Source of the DNA: Bacteroidota bacterium
Lineage (GTDB): Bacteria > Bacteroidota > Bacteroidia > 2-12-FULL-35-15
Length of the DNA stretch: 64,000 nt
Assembly (NCBI GenBank): GCA_947504725.1
Contig: CANNHN010000004.1
Coordinates: forward strand, 135,203-199,202
Direction of reading: 5' to 3'
Under the pieces are notes generated by a model, which had not been told where the DNA came from, ran no database searches, and saw nothing but the letters and a program-made list of their open reading frames with translations. A program made the translations under genes and the position numbers. Position 1 is the first letter of the stretch; every line of letters starts with the position of its first letter. Shown here in pieces: positions 1 to 9,318 of the stretch.

Positions 1-133
1 ACTCTAGCTTCCTTCGACCGAAGACTAATTAAAGGACCATCAGGATACTTTTTACATCCAGAAAATGCAAAAAGTATAATGAAAAGGAAAAGAAATAAAA
101 TGGATTTCAATACTTTCATTTTGAAAAGAAGTA

Positions 134-168
134 TAAAAAAAACCTCTGTTTTGTCAGAGGTTTTTTTG
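134..168. terminator. Bidirectional rho-independent terminator-like hairpin (A-run, stem aacctctg/cagaggtt, T-run) 3' of the acyl-CoA dehydrogenase gene
   Basis: The stem-loop is flanked by A- and T-runs and lies immediately beyond the stop of the minus-strand gene. Confidence 0.5.
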
Positions 169-174
169 TCTATT

Positions 175-1314
175 CTAAGCTAACAAAGCTCTTGAGATAA
201 CAATCTTTTGAACTTCTGTTGTTCCTTCGTAAATCTGAGTAATTTTTGCATCACGCATCAAACGCTCTACATGGTATTCTTTTACGAAACCATATCCTCC
301 GTGTATCTGAACTGCTTCAACTGTTACAGCCATCGCTACTTTTGATGCAAACACTTTTGCCATTGCACTCGCTTTGTCAAAATTCATGTGTTGATCTTTC
401 ATCCAAGCCGCTTTGATACAAAGCAAACGAGCGGCTTCAATTTCAGTAGCCATATCCGCCAATTTAAATTGAATGATTTGATGTTGGTTGATCGTTTTCC
501 CAAATGCTTTACGTTCTTTCGAATAAGCCAATGCTAATTCGTAAGCGCCAGATGCAATTCCCAATGCTTGAGAAGCAATTCCAATTCGTCCACCCGATAA
601 TACTTGCATCGCGAATTTAAATCCGAACCCATCATCACCAATTCTGTTTTCTTTAGGAACTTTTACATCGGTAAACATTAATGAATGTGTATCCGATCCA
701 CGAATTCCTAATTTGTTTTCTTTAGGACCAACCACAAATCCTGGTGCTCCTTTTTCTATAATTAATGCGTTGATTCCTTTATGTCCTTTTGCAACATCTG
801 TTTGTGCAATTACCATAAACACAGAAGCAGAGTTACCATTGGTAATCCAGTTTTTTGTACCGTTTACTAAATAGTGGTCGCCTTTATCAATTGCAGTTGT
901 CTTTTGAGAAGTTGCATCCGAACCAGCTTCCGGCTCCGATAAACAAAATCCGCCAATGATTTCACCTTTTGCTAATGGAATTAAATATTTTTGTTTTTGT
1001 GCTTCTGTTCCAAATTTTTCAAGTCCCCAGCATACTAATGAGTTGTTAACGCTCATCACCACCGAACAAGAGGCATCTACTTTTGAAATTTCTTCCATCG
1101 CTAAAACGTAAGAAACGCAATCCATTCCGCCACCACCGTATTTCGGATCAACCATCATTCCCATGAAGCCCAATTCACCCATTTGCTTAATTTCTTCAGC
1201 AGGAAATTTTTGGTGCTCATCGCGCTCAATTACTCCAGGTTTTAATACATCATTCGCAAAATCACGAGCCGCCTTCTGAATCATTAAGTGCTCTTCTGTT
1301 AAGTTAAATAGCAT
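175..1314 (-). CDS. Acyl-CoA dehydrogenase (short/butyryl-CoA dehydrogenase-like)
   Basis: Full-length 379-aa ORF with an ATG start. The N-terminus MLFNLTEEH..ARDFA and the C-terminal motifs YEGT.E.Q match the ACAD family pattern. Confidence 0.85.
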   Translation of the reverse strand: MLFNLTEEHLMIQKAARDFANDVLKPGVIERDEHQKFPAEEIKQMGELGFMGMMVDPKYGGGGMDCVSYVLAMEEISKVDASCSVVMSVNNSLVCWGLEKFGTEAQKQKYLIPLAKGEIIGGFCLSEPEAGSDATSQKTTAIDKGDHYLVNGTKNWITNGNSASVFMVIAQTDVAKGHKGINALIIEKGAPGFVVGPKENKLGIRGSDTHSLMFTDVKVPKENRIGDDGFGFKFAMQVLSGGRIGIASQALGIASGAYELALAYSKERKAFGKTINQHQIIQFKLADMATEIEAARLLCIKAAWMKDQHMNFDKASAMAKVFASKVAMAVTVEAVQIHGGYGFVKEYHVERLMRDAKITQIYEGTTEVQKIVISRALLA

Positions 1315-1428
1315 TCGTAATAAATTTTATGTTAAAAATTGCTTTATTTTTGAGCCCAACCCCTTTTTTAGGTTGGAAAGCAAATGTATATTTAATATTC
1401 AAATTTTGCTAATAGTTTTGCGACAAAT

Positions 1429-2496
1429 ATGAGTGAAGTGAAATACAACGTAATAGGCTTAATGTCAGGAACCTCGCTTGATGGGCTGGATATAGCATTT
1501 TGTCGTTTTTCTGTTGATAATAACACCTGGAGATGCGAGATTTTGAACACGCAAACCATTCCTTATTCCGACCATTGGAAACAAAGGATTTTGAGTCTGG
1601 AAACAGCAGATGCCTTGTTTTTTCAGCAAACCAATATGGATTATGGGCATTATTTAGGTGGTTTGGTCTCCGATTTCATCATACGTCACAACATTAAAGC
1701 TGATTTTGTTGCTTCTCACGGGCATACCATTTTCCATCAACCCGAAAAGAAGTTGACTGTACAAATAGGAGCAGGAAGCGCCATTGCCTCACGATGTAAT
1801 TTGCCTGTGGTATTTGATTTCAGGACTTTGGATGTGGCTTTGGGCGGTCAAGGTGCTCCATTGGTTCCCATTGGTGATAAGTTGCTGTTTGCTGAATACA
1901 ATTTTTGCCTGAATTTGGGCGGGTTTGCTAATGTTTCTTACGAACACAACGGACAAAGAATAGCTTATGATATTTGTCCGGTTAATATTGTCATGAATGC
2001 CATTGCCGAAAAAAATGGAAAAGCATTTGATGAAAACGGAGCCATGGCAAAAGAAGGAATGTTGAGTGGTTATCTATTAAATGAATTCAATCAAATTGGT
2101 TTTTATAAGATGATGATGGATAGTCCTAAATCTTTAGGAAAAGAATGGGTCATCAAAAATATAAATTCACTCATTGAGCAATATGAAATTTCGGATGAAG
2201 ATTTACTTCGCACATTTTGTGAGCACATTGCTTTTCAAATTGGAAAGTCATTAAAAAGTAAACCGAAGGGCAAAATATTAGTTACGGGTGGAGGAGCCTA
2301 TAATCAGTTTTTGATGGAATGTATAAAACAACATACCGAGCACGAAATCATTATTCCAGATAACAAAACAATTGAATACAAAGAAGCATTGATTTTTGCT
2401 TTCTTGGGTGTGTTGAGAATGAGAAATGAAGTGAATTGTTTGAAAAGTGTAACTGGCGCTTCTAAGGATAATTGCGGAGGGACTATCTGTAATTAA
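1429..2496 (+). CDS. anmK: Anhydro-N-acetylmuramic acid kinase
   Basis: The N-terminal motif GLMSGTSLDGLDIA is typical of AnmK. 355 aa. Confidence 0.85.
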   Translation: MSEVKYNVIGLMSGTSLDGLDIAFCRFSVDNNTWRCEILNTQTIPYSDHWKQRILSLETADALFFQQTNMDYGHYLGGLVSDFIIRHNIKADFVASHGHTIFHQPEKKLTVQIGAGSAIASRCNLPVVFDFRTLDVALGGQGAPLVPIGDKLLFAEYNFCLNLGGFANVSYEHNGQRIAYDICPVNIVMNAIAEKNGKAFDENGAMAKEGMLSGYLLNEFNQIGFYKMMMDSPKSLGKEWVIKNINSLIEQYEISDEDLLRTFCEHIAFQIGKSLKSKPKGKILVTGGGAYNQFLMECIKQHTEHEIIIPDNKTIEYKEALIFAFLGVLRMRNEVNCLKSVTGASKDNCGGTICN

Positions 2497-2540
2497 AACA
2501 GCCCCCTTTTTATAGGAGGCTGTATATATAGGTCTGTTTC

Positions 2541-2783
2541 TTAAAACTCATCATCAAAGAATTCATCATCCACCACATCGTCATCATCAAATTCGCTGTC
2601 TAGTTTCACATCTTCATCCATTGCGAAATCATCATCATCATCATCCATACTGCTTTTCCAATTTTTTTTGTCTTTCTCTTTTTGAGGTACAAGCTTAGAA
2701 GGCTTTCTTAATTCCCCCGAGTCCTTTGCTTTATCTGTGCTTTTTTTTACTGGACTCTTTTTTGAACTACTTGGCTTTTTCAT
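2541..2783 (-). CDS. Small charge-segregated hypothetical protein (Lys-rich N half, Asp/Glu/Phe-rich C half)
   Basis: 80-aa ATG-initiated ORF convergent with anmK. It is an unusual low-complexity protein, and coding status is uncertain. Confidence 0.35.
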   Translation of the reverse strand: MKKPSSSKKSPVKKSTDKAKDSGELRKPSKLVPQKEKDKKNWKSSMDDDDDDFAMDEDVKLDSEFDDDDVVDDEFFDDEF

Positions 2784-3279
2784 TTGTAATGAAATTTGTT
2801 TTGCAAATTGTTTTGGTTGATTCTCTTAAAATATATATGTTATATACAAATCTCTGAAAAATTTATTTTCAAACAAAAAATAAATGTATTTTTTTTATTT
2901 TTTTATTTTTAACGATTTTCGATAGTTTAACATTCTACTATAAAAATAAAGCATAATTATATAAATACATAATTTTTTCTAGCAAATTTTGTTTGTGGTT
3001 TATTCTAAAAAATCATGAATTAAATAAAATAGTGCACTTTTTTTACCTCAATACAATAATTGTATTTGTTTAACGTTATTCTCATAATTACAGTTACATC
3101 CCCCCGCTAATATTTTTTTGAAAGCTTTTAAGTAATTCCTTTGTTTTTGGAGTGTTCCCCTGCTTATACTAATTGATTTTATTGCATTTTCTGAAAAATC
3201 ATTATTTAGATTATGGAATAATATAAAGCAGAGCATCTTAGTATCAAAACAAAATAGTTCACTCTAAAACTTAAAGGCC

Positions 3280-4044
3280 ATGAACACAATTTTCAACTCC
3301 GGAGACAAATTCAACGAATTGCTTTTCGAAAACAAAAACAAAGCATATGGCGCATATGCTATTCGTAATTCAGAAAAGGACAGTATTGCAGTTTCTTTAT
3401 TGATTACGTCTGCCTTTTTTGGACTATTAGTTATGTTGTGCTTTGCTCTTACAAAAACAAAAATTGAGATTCCTACTTTTGAAGGAAATGAACCACCAAT
3501 AATTTTGTCTGGTCCAGAAATTGAAATGCCAAAACCACTTGAGCAACCTAAGCCACCCAAAGCGCCTGAAACACCTAAATCTACCAGTGGAGCATTTGTT
3601 GCTTCGAGTGACCCTCAAAAAACGAATGTAGATGCAAATAATAATCTGCCTATTAGTAAAAATCCTAATCCGACAGGAAAAGATAGTGCAGCACCAGAAG
3701 GGCCAGTAGTTAAATTACCAGAAGCTCCTGAAAAATTGCCAGAAGTTGTGCCGTATGCTGATATAATGCCGAGTTTAAAGAATATGGCTCAGTTTATTGC
3801 AGATAATTTAAAATACCCTCGAAATGCTGTTGGTAATGGAACAGAGGGAACTGTATTTGTGACTTTTGTTGTAGAAAGAGATGGATCGATTACCGATATT
3901 AAATTGTTAAAAGGAATTGGTGATGGCTGTGAGCAAGAAGCGATGCGTGTTGTAAAAATGATGCCAGTTTGGGAGCCTGGAACATTGAAAGGGGTTCCGA
4001 AGCGTGTACAATGTAATTTACCAATAAAGTTTAGTCTTAAATAA
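3280..4044 (+). CDS. tonB: Energy transducer TonB (C-terminal TonB domain)
   Basis: N-terminal TM segment, Pro-rich spacer (PKPLEQPKPPKAPETPK) and a C-terminal TonB-like domain. Located upstream of exbB-exbD. Confidence 0.6.
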   Translation: MNTIFNSGDKFNELLFENKNKAYGAYAIRNSEKDSIAVSLLITSAFFGLLVMLCFALTKTKIEIPTFEGNEPPIILSGPEIEMPKPLEQPKPPKAPETPKSTSGAFVASSDPQKTNVDANNNLPISKNPNPTGKDSAAPEGPVVKLPEAPEKLPEVVPYADIMPSLKNMAQFIADNLKYPRNAVGNGTEGTVFVTFVVERDGSITDIKLLKGIGDGCEQEAMRVVKMMPVWEPGTLKGVPKRVQCNLPIKFSLK

Positions 4045-4170
4045 ACAATGCAGTGTTTATAAGTTGCATCAACAATAAAAAAAGTGCCACTTCATATAAT
4101 TAATTTAGCAATCGTGAGTTATACATTCATGATTGCTTTTTTATATTAAATAAAATCTAAACTAATAAAC

Positions 4171-4926
4171 ATGTTAAATTCTGTTTTATTACAAATTGTA
4201 AGTGGTGCAACTAATGTAGCGAATCAAGTTGTTGACACAGCTAAAGCTGCTGTTACTCAACTAAGCCAACTGCCAATTCCAACAACTGCTGAAGCTCCAA
4301 AACAAGCTTCTCTTTCATTACTTGAACTCGTTATGAAAGGTGGAATTATTATGATTCCGATGGGTATACTTTCTATTATTACGCTTTATTTTTTCTTTGA
4401 GCGATTAATGACAATCAGCAAAGCATCTAAGTTGGATAAAAATTTCATGAATAGCATCAAAGATTTTATTCATAATGGAAACATCGATGCCGCAAAATCA
4501 CTTTGCAGAAATACGATTAGTCCTGCAGCCAGAATGATTGAAAAGGGTGTTAGTCGAATTGGAAAACCAATCAAAGAAATTGAAGAGGCAATGGAAAGTG
4601 TTGGAAAATTGGAGATAAACAGGTTGGAGAAAAACTTAAGTGTATTGAGTTTGGTTGGAAGAATCGCTCCGATTCTTGGATTTGTTGGAACAATTGCTGG
4701 AGTTATTAAAATCTTTTATGATATTTCATTGACAGACAATATTAGTATTGGTGTTATTTCTGGTGGTTTGTATCAAAAGATGATTACAAGTGCATCTGGT
4801 TTAGTTATTGGTTTGATTGCATTTATTGGATATTATATTTTAAACGCAATGTTGGATAAAACCATTAATAAAATGGAAACAGCATCTGTAGAATTTATCG
4901 ATCTTTTACAAGAACCAACTAAATAA
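4171..4926 (+). CDS. exbB: MotA/TolQ/ExbB proton-channel family protein
   Basis: Multi-TM protein with the ExbB-like core GIAPILGFVGT. Adjacent to exbD. Confidence 0.8.
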   Translation: MLNSVLLQIVSGATNVANQVVDTAKAAVTQLSQLPIPTTAEAPKQASLSLLELVMKGGIIMIPMGILSIITLYFFFERLMTISKASKLDKNFMNSIKDFIHNGNIDAAKSLCRNTISPAARMIEKGVSRIGKPIKEIEEAMESVGKLEINRLEKNLSVLSLVGRIAPILGFVGTIAGVIKIFYDISLTDNISIGVISGGLYQKMITSASGLVIGLIAFIGYYILNAMLDKTINKMETASVEFIDLLQEPTK

Positions 4927-4928
4927 TC

Positions 4929-5342
4929 ATGAAACTAAAGCGCAGACATAAAGAAGGTGCTGAAGTAAGTACAGAATCGTTAAACGATATCATGTTCTTT
5001 CTTTTGCTTTTTTTCTTGATTATATCCACGTTGGCAAATCCAAGTGTATTGAAATTGACATTGCCGAGTTCTAATAATGGTGTTCAGATGTCTAAACAAC
5101 AAATCACTATTGAATCGGATGCCGACCATCAATTTATAATAAACAAGTTACCTATTTCGTTTACTCAGTTGGAAGATGCATTAAAAGTAGAAATTGCAAG
5201 AATTAATGGATTAGGTATGGAGCCTACTGTTGTTTTGAAAATGGACAACACATTGTCTATTCAGGATTTGGCAGATGTTATGCAAATTGGTTATGGGTTA
5301 GGAGTTAAAATGGTATTGGCTACAAAGTCAGGAGATAAATAA
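4929..5342 (+). CDS. exbD: Biopolymer transport protein ExbD/TolR
   Basis: 137 aa with a single N-terminal TM segment. Immediately downstream of exbB. Confidence 0.7.
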   Translation: MKLKRRHKEGAEVSTESLNDIMFFLLLFFLIISTLANPSVLKLTLPSSNNGVQMSKQQITIESDADHQFIINKLPISFTQLEDALKVEIARINGLGMEPTVVLKMDNTLSIQDLADVMQIGYGLGVKMVLATKSGDK

Positions 5343-5343
5343 A

Positions 5344-6144
5344 ATGGAAGCAACCGAAACTAAAAGTAAGTATTTGGCAGTGGTATTCACAATAGGATTC
5401 CACGCGTTGCTATTCCTGCTTTTTATTTTAATTGTTTTCGTTACTCCAATTCCTGCTTTTGAAATTAAACCGGTTCCCGAAATTGAAATTGGTTTAGGGA
5501 TGGAAGGGGCTGGAAATACCGCTAGTGGAGGTTCTGGGGAGAATGATCCCAATATTGAAACGAGTATGGAAGCTGCTGTTAGCTCCTCAGAAACTGCTCC
5601 AAATATTATTACTGACGAAACAGAAACGGAAGTTAGCGTAAAAACAAATCCGAATGCAACACCTGAAAGCACTGCTGAAGCATTGAGTCCTGAAGAAAAG
5701 AAAGAACGAGCTGAATTAGAAAAAGCGCTAGCCAAAATTAAAGCGATGAAAGATAAGAAGGGAAAAGGGGATGGAGGAAAAAATACGGGAGGAACAGGAA
5801 ATGGGAATAATACAGGAGTTGGTGATGGTCCAGGAACTGGTATTGGCGATGGAACTCCTGGTGGACCCGGAGGAACGGGTTGGGATTTAAAAGGCCGTTC
5901 TCTTTTGAAAAAACCGGCTAGAATGACTGATTCAGAAGAAGAGGGAATTGTAGTTGTAGAAATTATTGTAAACGAAAATGGAAAAGTAGTAAAAGCAACA
6001 GCAGGTTCTCGGGGGTCAACAACTACCAATGCAAAACTATATTCCAAAGCGAGAAGTGCTGCTTTTGAAGCGAAGTTTAGTCCTAGTCCAGAAGGTATAA
6101 AAGAACAACGTGGAACGTATACATTCGTTTTCACTTTAGAATAA
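5344..6144 (+). CDS. TonB-family protein (second tonB; Gly/Thr-rich linker, C-terminal TonB domain)
   Basis: N-terminal TM segment, a long Gly-rich spacer and the C-terminal GIVVVEIIVNENGKV.. TonB-like fold. Its start lies 2 bp after the exbD stop. Confidence 0.65.
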   Translation: MEATETKSKYLAVVFTIGFHALLFLLFILIVFVTPIPAFEIKPVPEIEIGLGMEGAGNTASGGSGENDPNIETSMEAAVSSSETAPNIITDETETEVSVKTNPNATPESTAEALSPEEKKERAELEKALAKIKAMKDKKGKGDGGKNTGGTGNGNNTGVGDGPGTGIGDGTPGGPGGTGWDLKGRSLLKKPARMTDSEEEGIVVVEIIVNENGKVVKATAGSRGSTTTNAKLYSKARSAAFEAKFSPSPEGIKEQRGTYTFVFTLE

Positions 6145-6206
6145 AATTCAATTACTTTTGTAGAAGTCTTCAATTACAATTTGTGACGTTACTTTATTTA
6201 AACACG

Positions 6207-6288
6207 TCATTGCGAGGAACGAAGCAATCTCTCATGATGAGGACATTCGTCACCATTGAACAGAGATTGCTTCGTTCCTCGCAATGAC
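6207..6288. repeat. Palindromic intergenic repeat, subfamily A (arms gtcattgcgaggaacgaagcaatctct / agagattgcttcgttcctcgcaatgac, approximately 28-nt loop)
   Basis: Near-perfect 27-bp inverted repeat. A second copy lies at 63704..63786. Located between tonB2 and folC. Confidence 0.7.
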
Positions 6289-6334
6289 GGAAGTGAGTTG
6301 CACTTAGCTTAGTCGAACAACACAGGAGTAAATT

Positions 6335-7645
6335 ATGAATTACCAACAAACCTTAGATTATCTATTTAGTCAGTTGCCAATGTTTCAACGCATTGGTGCT
6401 GCTGCTTATAAAGCTGACTTAAATAATACCATTGCCATTTGTAAATTACTCGGCAATCCCGAAAACAAATTCAAGTCGATACACATTGCTGGTACCAACG
6501 GAAAAGGTTCTACTTCTCATATGTTGGCATCTATTTTTCAAGCTTCCGGCTTGAAAGTTGGCTTGTATACTTCACCTCATTTGAAAGATTTTAGAGAACG
6601 CATTCGTGTAAATGGAAAAATGATTCCTAAAAAATCCGTTGTTGATTTTGTTGAGTTGCATAAAAAAAAGTTTGAAAAAATTCAACCCTCATTTTTTGAA
6701 ATGACTGTTGGTTTAGCCTTCGATTATTTTGCAAAAGAAAAAGTAGATATTGCTGTAATCGAAGTAGGGCTTGGTGGGCGACTGGACTCAACCAATGTGA
6801 TTGATCCTTTACTTTCGGTGATTACAAACATCAGTTATGATCATGTGAATTTGTTGGGCGATACTTTGGAAAAAATTGCTGAGGAAAAAGCGGGGATTAT
6901 TAAATCAAATTCTATTACTGTTATTGGAGAAACACAAGCAGAAGTGGCTCACGTTTTTTTTGAGCACGGCAAGAAAAAAGATTCAGGAATATTTTTTGCA
7001 GATATGTTTTTTGATCTTAAAAAACTAAAACAATCGTTTAAGCAAGGAGAATTAATGCTTTCGGCTGATGTATATTTTAAAGGTATGGGTCAAAACGAAA
7101 AAATATTCAGTATCGATTCGGACTTAGCAGGAATGTACCAGCAAAAAAATATTCGAACAGTGCTTTGTGCTATTCTTTTTCTAAAGACCATTCATGGAAT
7201 GAGAATTACTGATAAGTCAATCATAAAAGGATTTAGTACTGTAAAAAATCGAACGGGACTATTAGGGAGATGGCAAGTGTTGTCTCAAAAGCCTTTGGTT
7301 ATAGCAGATACAGGGCATAACGAAGCAGGAATAAAAGAAGTATTGTCGCAAATTAAATTAACTCCGTATAAAAAGCTGCATTTTGTTTTAGGGATGGTGA
7401 ATGATAAAGACATTTCCAAAATATTAAAAATGCTTCCAAAAACAGCAACGTATTATTTTTGTAAAGCAAATATTCCAAGAGCATTGCCTGCACCAGAATT
7501 AGCAATTCAAGCAAAGAAAGCAGGTTTAAAGGGGAATGTTTATGCCTGTGTTCAAGATGCGTTTATAGCTGCAAAACAGAAGGCCACAAAAAATGATTTA
7601 GTGTTTGTTGGTGGAAGTACGTTTACAGTTGCAGAAGTAGTGTAA
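6335..7645 (+). CDS. folC: Bifunctional folylpolyglutamate synthase/dihydrofolate synthase
   Basis: P-loop GTNGKGST and a Mur-ligase-like architecture. 436 aa. Confidence 0.85.
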   Translation: MNYQQTLDYLFSQLPMFQRIGAAAYKADLNNTIAICKLLGNPENKFKSIHIAGTNGKGSTSHMLASIFQASGLKVGLYTSPHLKDFRERIRVNGKMIPKKSVVDFVELHKKKFEKIQPSFFEMTVGLAFDYFAKEKVDIAVIEVGLGGRLDSTNVIDPLLSVITNISYDHVNLLGDTLEKIAEEKAGIIKSNSITVIGETQAEVAHVFFEHGKKKDSGIFFADMFFDLKKLKQSFKQGELMLSADVYFKGMGQNEKIFSIDSDLAGMYQQKNIRTVLCAILFLKTIHGMRITDKSIIKGFSTVKNRTGLLGRWQVLSQKPLVIADTGHNEAGIKEVLSQIKLTPYKKLHFVLGMVNDKDISKILKMLPKTATYYFCKANIPRALPAPELAIQAKKAGLKGNVYACVQDAFIAAKQKATKNDLVFVGGSTFTVAEVV

Positions 7646-7650
7646 AACAA

Positions 7651-7685
7651 AAAGCCCTTTCGAAATTACGAAAGGGCTTTTTCTA
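7651..7685. terminator. Bidirectional rho-independent terminator (stem aagccctttcg / cgaaagggctt, T-run) between convergent folC and the gldJ-like gene
   Basis: Perfect 11-bp stem with flanking A/T runs. Confidence 0.6.
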
Positions 7686-7701
7686 TAAAATATGTTCAGA
7701 A

Positions 7702-9234
7702 TTATTTTCCTAATCCTACTGGGCTACCAACACGTGTCATAGCACAACGAAATCCAATCCAAGCAGTTGCTTGACGTTGATCTAAATATCTTCTTGTTCC
7801 TGGTACCATCCAATATGCACGGTCTTTCCAAGAACCACCTTTGTAAACACGAGCTTCATCGTTAATCATAGAAGTGTTTCCGTACTCATACATTCCACTT
7901 GATTCAGCTTTTCCTGAAGATGGATCATATGGTTCACTCCAGCTTCCACCAACTAAAGTAGCAGCTTGCGATTTAACGTCACCATCTAAGTAGTTGATGT
8001 TGTCAGCATACGTATAGTTTCTTCTTTCATCCAAATTGTCATCAGGGAATGCAGTACTAACATCTCTCCAACGAACCATTCCAGGGATTGAAATAATATT
8101 ACTATCAGCATCATACTTAATAGTATCGTTAATTAAGATACCATCCACATCACGCTCTTGTGTTTTAAAAACGTTTCCACGGAAAGGGCGGAAATCTGCT
8201 TTATCTTCTGGAGATAAAATACGATACACGTCCATTACCCATTCTGAAACGTTACCAGCCATATTATACAAACCGTAATCGTTAGGCCAATATGAGAATA
8301 CTGGAGTTGTGATATCACCGGCATCATTCAAACGACCAGCATTACCCATCATATCACCATTACTTCTTTGGTAGTTAGCCAACATTTGTCCTAAGTATTT
8401 AGAATCAGGGTTACGAGTACCGTGACCATTCCAAGGATATAATCTTCTGTCGGTAATACGCTCACCAATAGTGTTTCCAATTAAACCATAAGCAGCATAT
8501 TCCCACTCAGCTTCTGTCGGTAGTCTGTAACGTGGTAAAAAGATACCATCTTCCATTCTAACTAAACGCTCACCTCCGTTAGGATCCATACTTGGGATTG
8601 GATTTTTGATTGGTCCAGTCCATTTACCAGCAAGATATTGATCCGTATTGAAATAATCGTTTTCTGTTGGTGTTGGAGCATAATCCAAAATACCTTCACG
8701 AACTAAGATAAATTCGTTTACACGGTCAGTTCTCCAAGCACAAAAATCGGAAGCTTGTAACCAGTTTACTCCAACTACAGGATAATCTCTGTAAGAAGGG
8801 TGACGTAAATAATATTCTACGTAAGGTTCGTTATAAGCTAAACGATCGCGCCATACCAAACTATCTGGTGTTGCTTTTTTAAGTACATCTGGGAAATTGG
8901 CAGCAAATACTCTGCCTGTCCAATGCAAATATTCAAGAAAATCGAGGTTACGTACCTCTGTTTGATCCATATAGAATGAAGAAACAGTTACTCTGTGAGG
9001 AATATTATTCCAATCGTAAGTAACATCTTGTTCAGCTCTTCCCATTGTGAACGTTCCACCTTCAACCAAAATTAATCCCGGTCCAGTTTCTTGCTCTTCA
9101 TAAGGTCCAACTTCAAATCCTCCGTTTCTAGGCTCATTATATTCCCAAGCTGTAACAGGAGATCTCTCTTTGCTACAAGATGCAAGGGCAACAATTGCTG
9201 CTAGTGCGATAAATTTGCTTGATACTTTTCTCAT
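7702..9234 (-). CDS. gldJ: Formylglycine-generating-enzyme (SUMF1)-family lipoprotein, GldJ-like gliding/T9SS protein
   Basis: Lipoprotein signal peptide (..ALASCSK). The FGE-sulfatase-like C-terminus reads ...GGSW.D....R.A.R. The gene sits adjacent to porU-porV as in Flavobacterium. GldK cannot be fully excluded. Confidence 0.55.
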   Translation of the reverse strand: MRKVSSKFIALAAIVALASCSKERSPVTAWEYNEPRNGGFEVGPYEEQETGPGLILVEGGTFTMGRAEQDVTYDWNNIPHRVTVSSFYMDQTEVRNLDFLEYLHWTGRVFAANFPDVLKKATPDSLVWRDRLAYNEPYVEYYLRHPSYRDYPVVGVNWLQASDFCAWRTDRVNEFILVREGILDYAPTPTENDYFNTDQYLAGKWTGPIKNPIPSMDPNGGERLVRMEDGIFLPRYRLPTEAEWEYAAYGLIGNTIGERITDRRLYPWNGHGTRNPDSKYLGQMLANYQRSNGDMMGNAGRLNDAGDITTPVFSYWPNDYGLYNMAGNVSEWVMDVYRILSPEDKADFRPFRGNVFKTQERDVDGILINDTIKYDADSNIISIPGMVRWRDVSTAFPDDNLDERRNYTYADNINYLDGDVKSQAATLVGGSWSEPYDPSSGKAESSGMYEYGNTSMINDEARVYKGGSWKDRAYWMVPGTRRYLDQRQATAWIGFRCAMTRVGSPVGLGK

Positions 9235-9318
9235 TTTGTTTGTTTTAGTTTGTTGTAATAATATGCGTGTTCGTAATAAAACTATGTTTTTGCTATAAAA
9301 TTGTATAAATGATTGTTT

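Noticed and set aside
2497-2540. Weak stem (acagcc...ggctgt) between convergent anmK and the small acidic ORF
   Set aside because: The stem is imperfect and only 6 bp, so it is not a convincing terminator.
3048-3618. Small minus-strand ORFs (62, 98, 63 aa) in or overlapping the AT-rich region and the tonB start
   Set aside because: AT-rich low-complexity translations that overlap the TonB gene. They are more likely non-coding promoter region.
5328-6173. 281-aa minus-strand ORF (Pro/Gly/Ser-rich) covering the second tonB gene
   Set aside because: It is exactly antisense to the Gly/Thr-rich linker of the plus-strand TonB-family gene, and the low-complexity complement creates an open frame. 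It has no independent signal.
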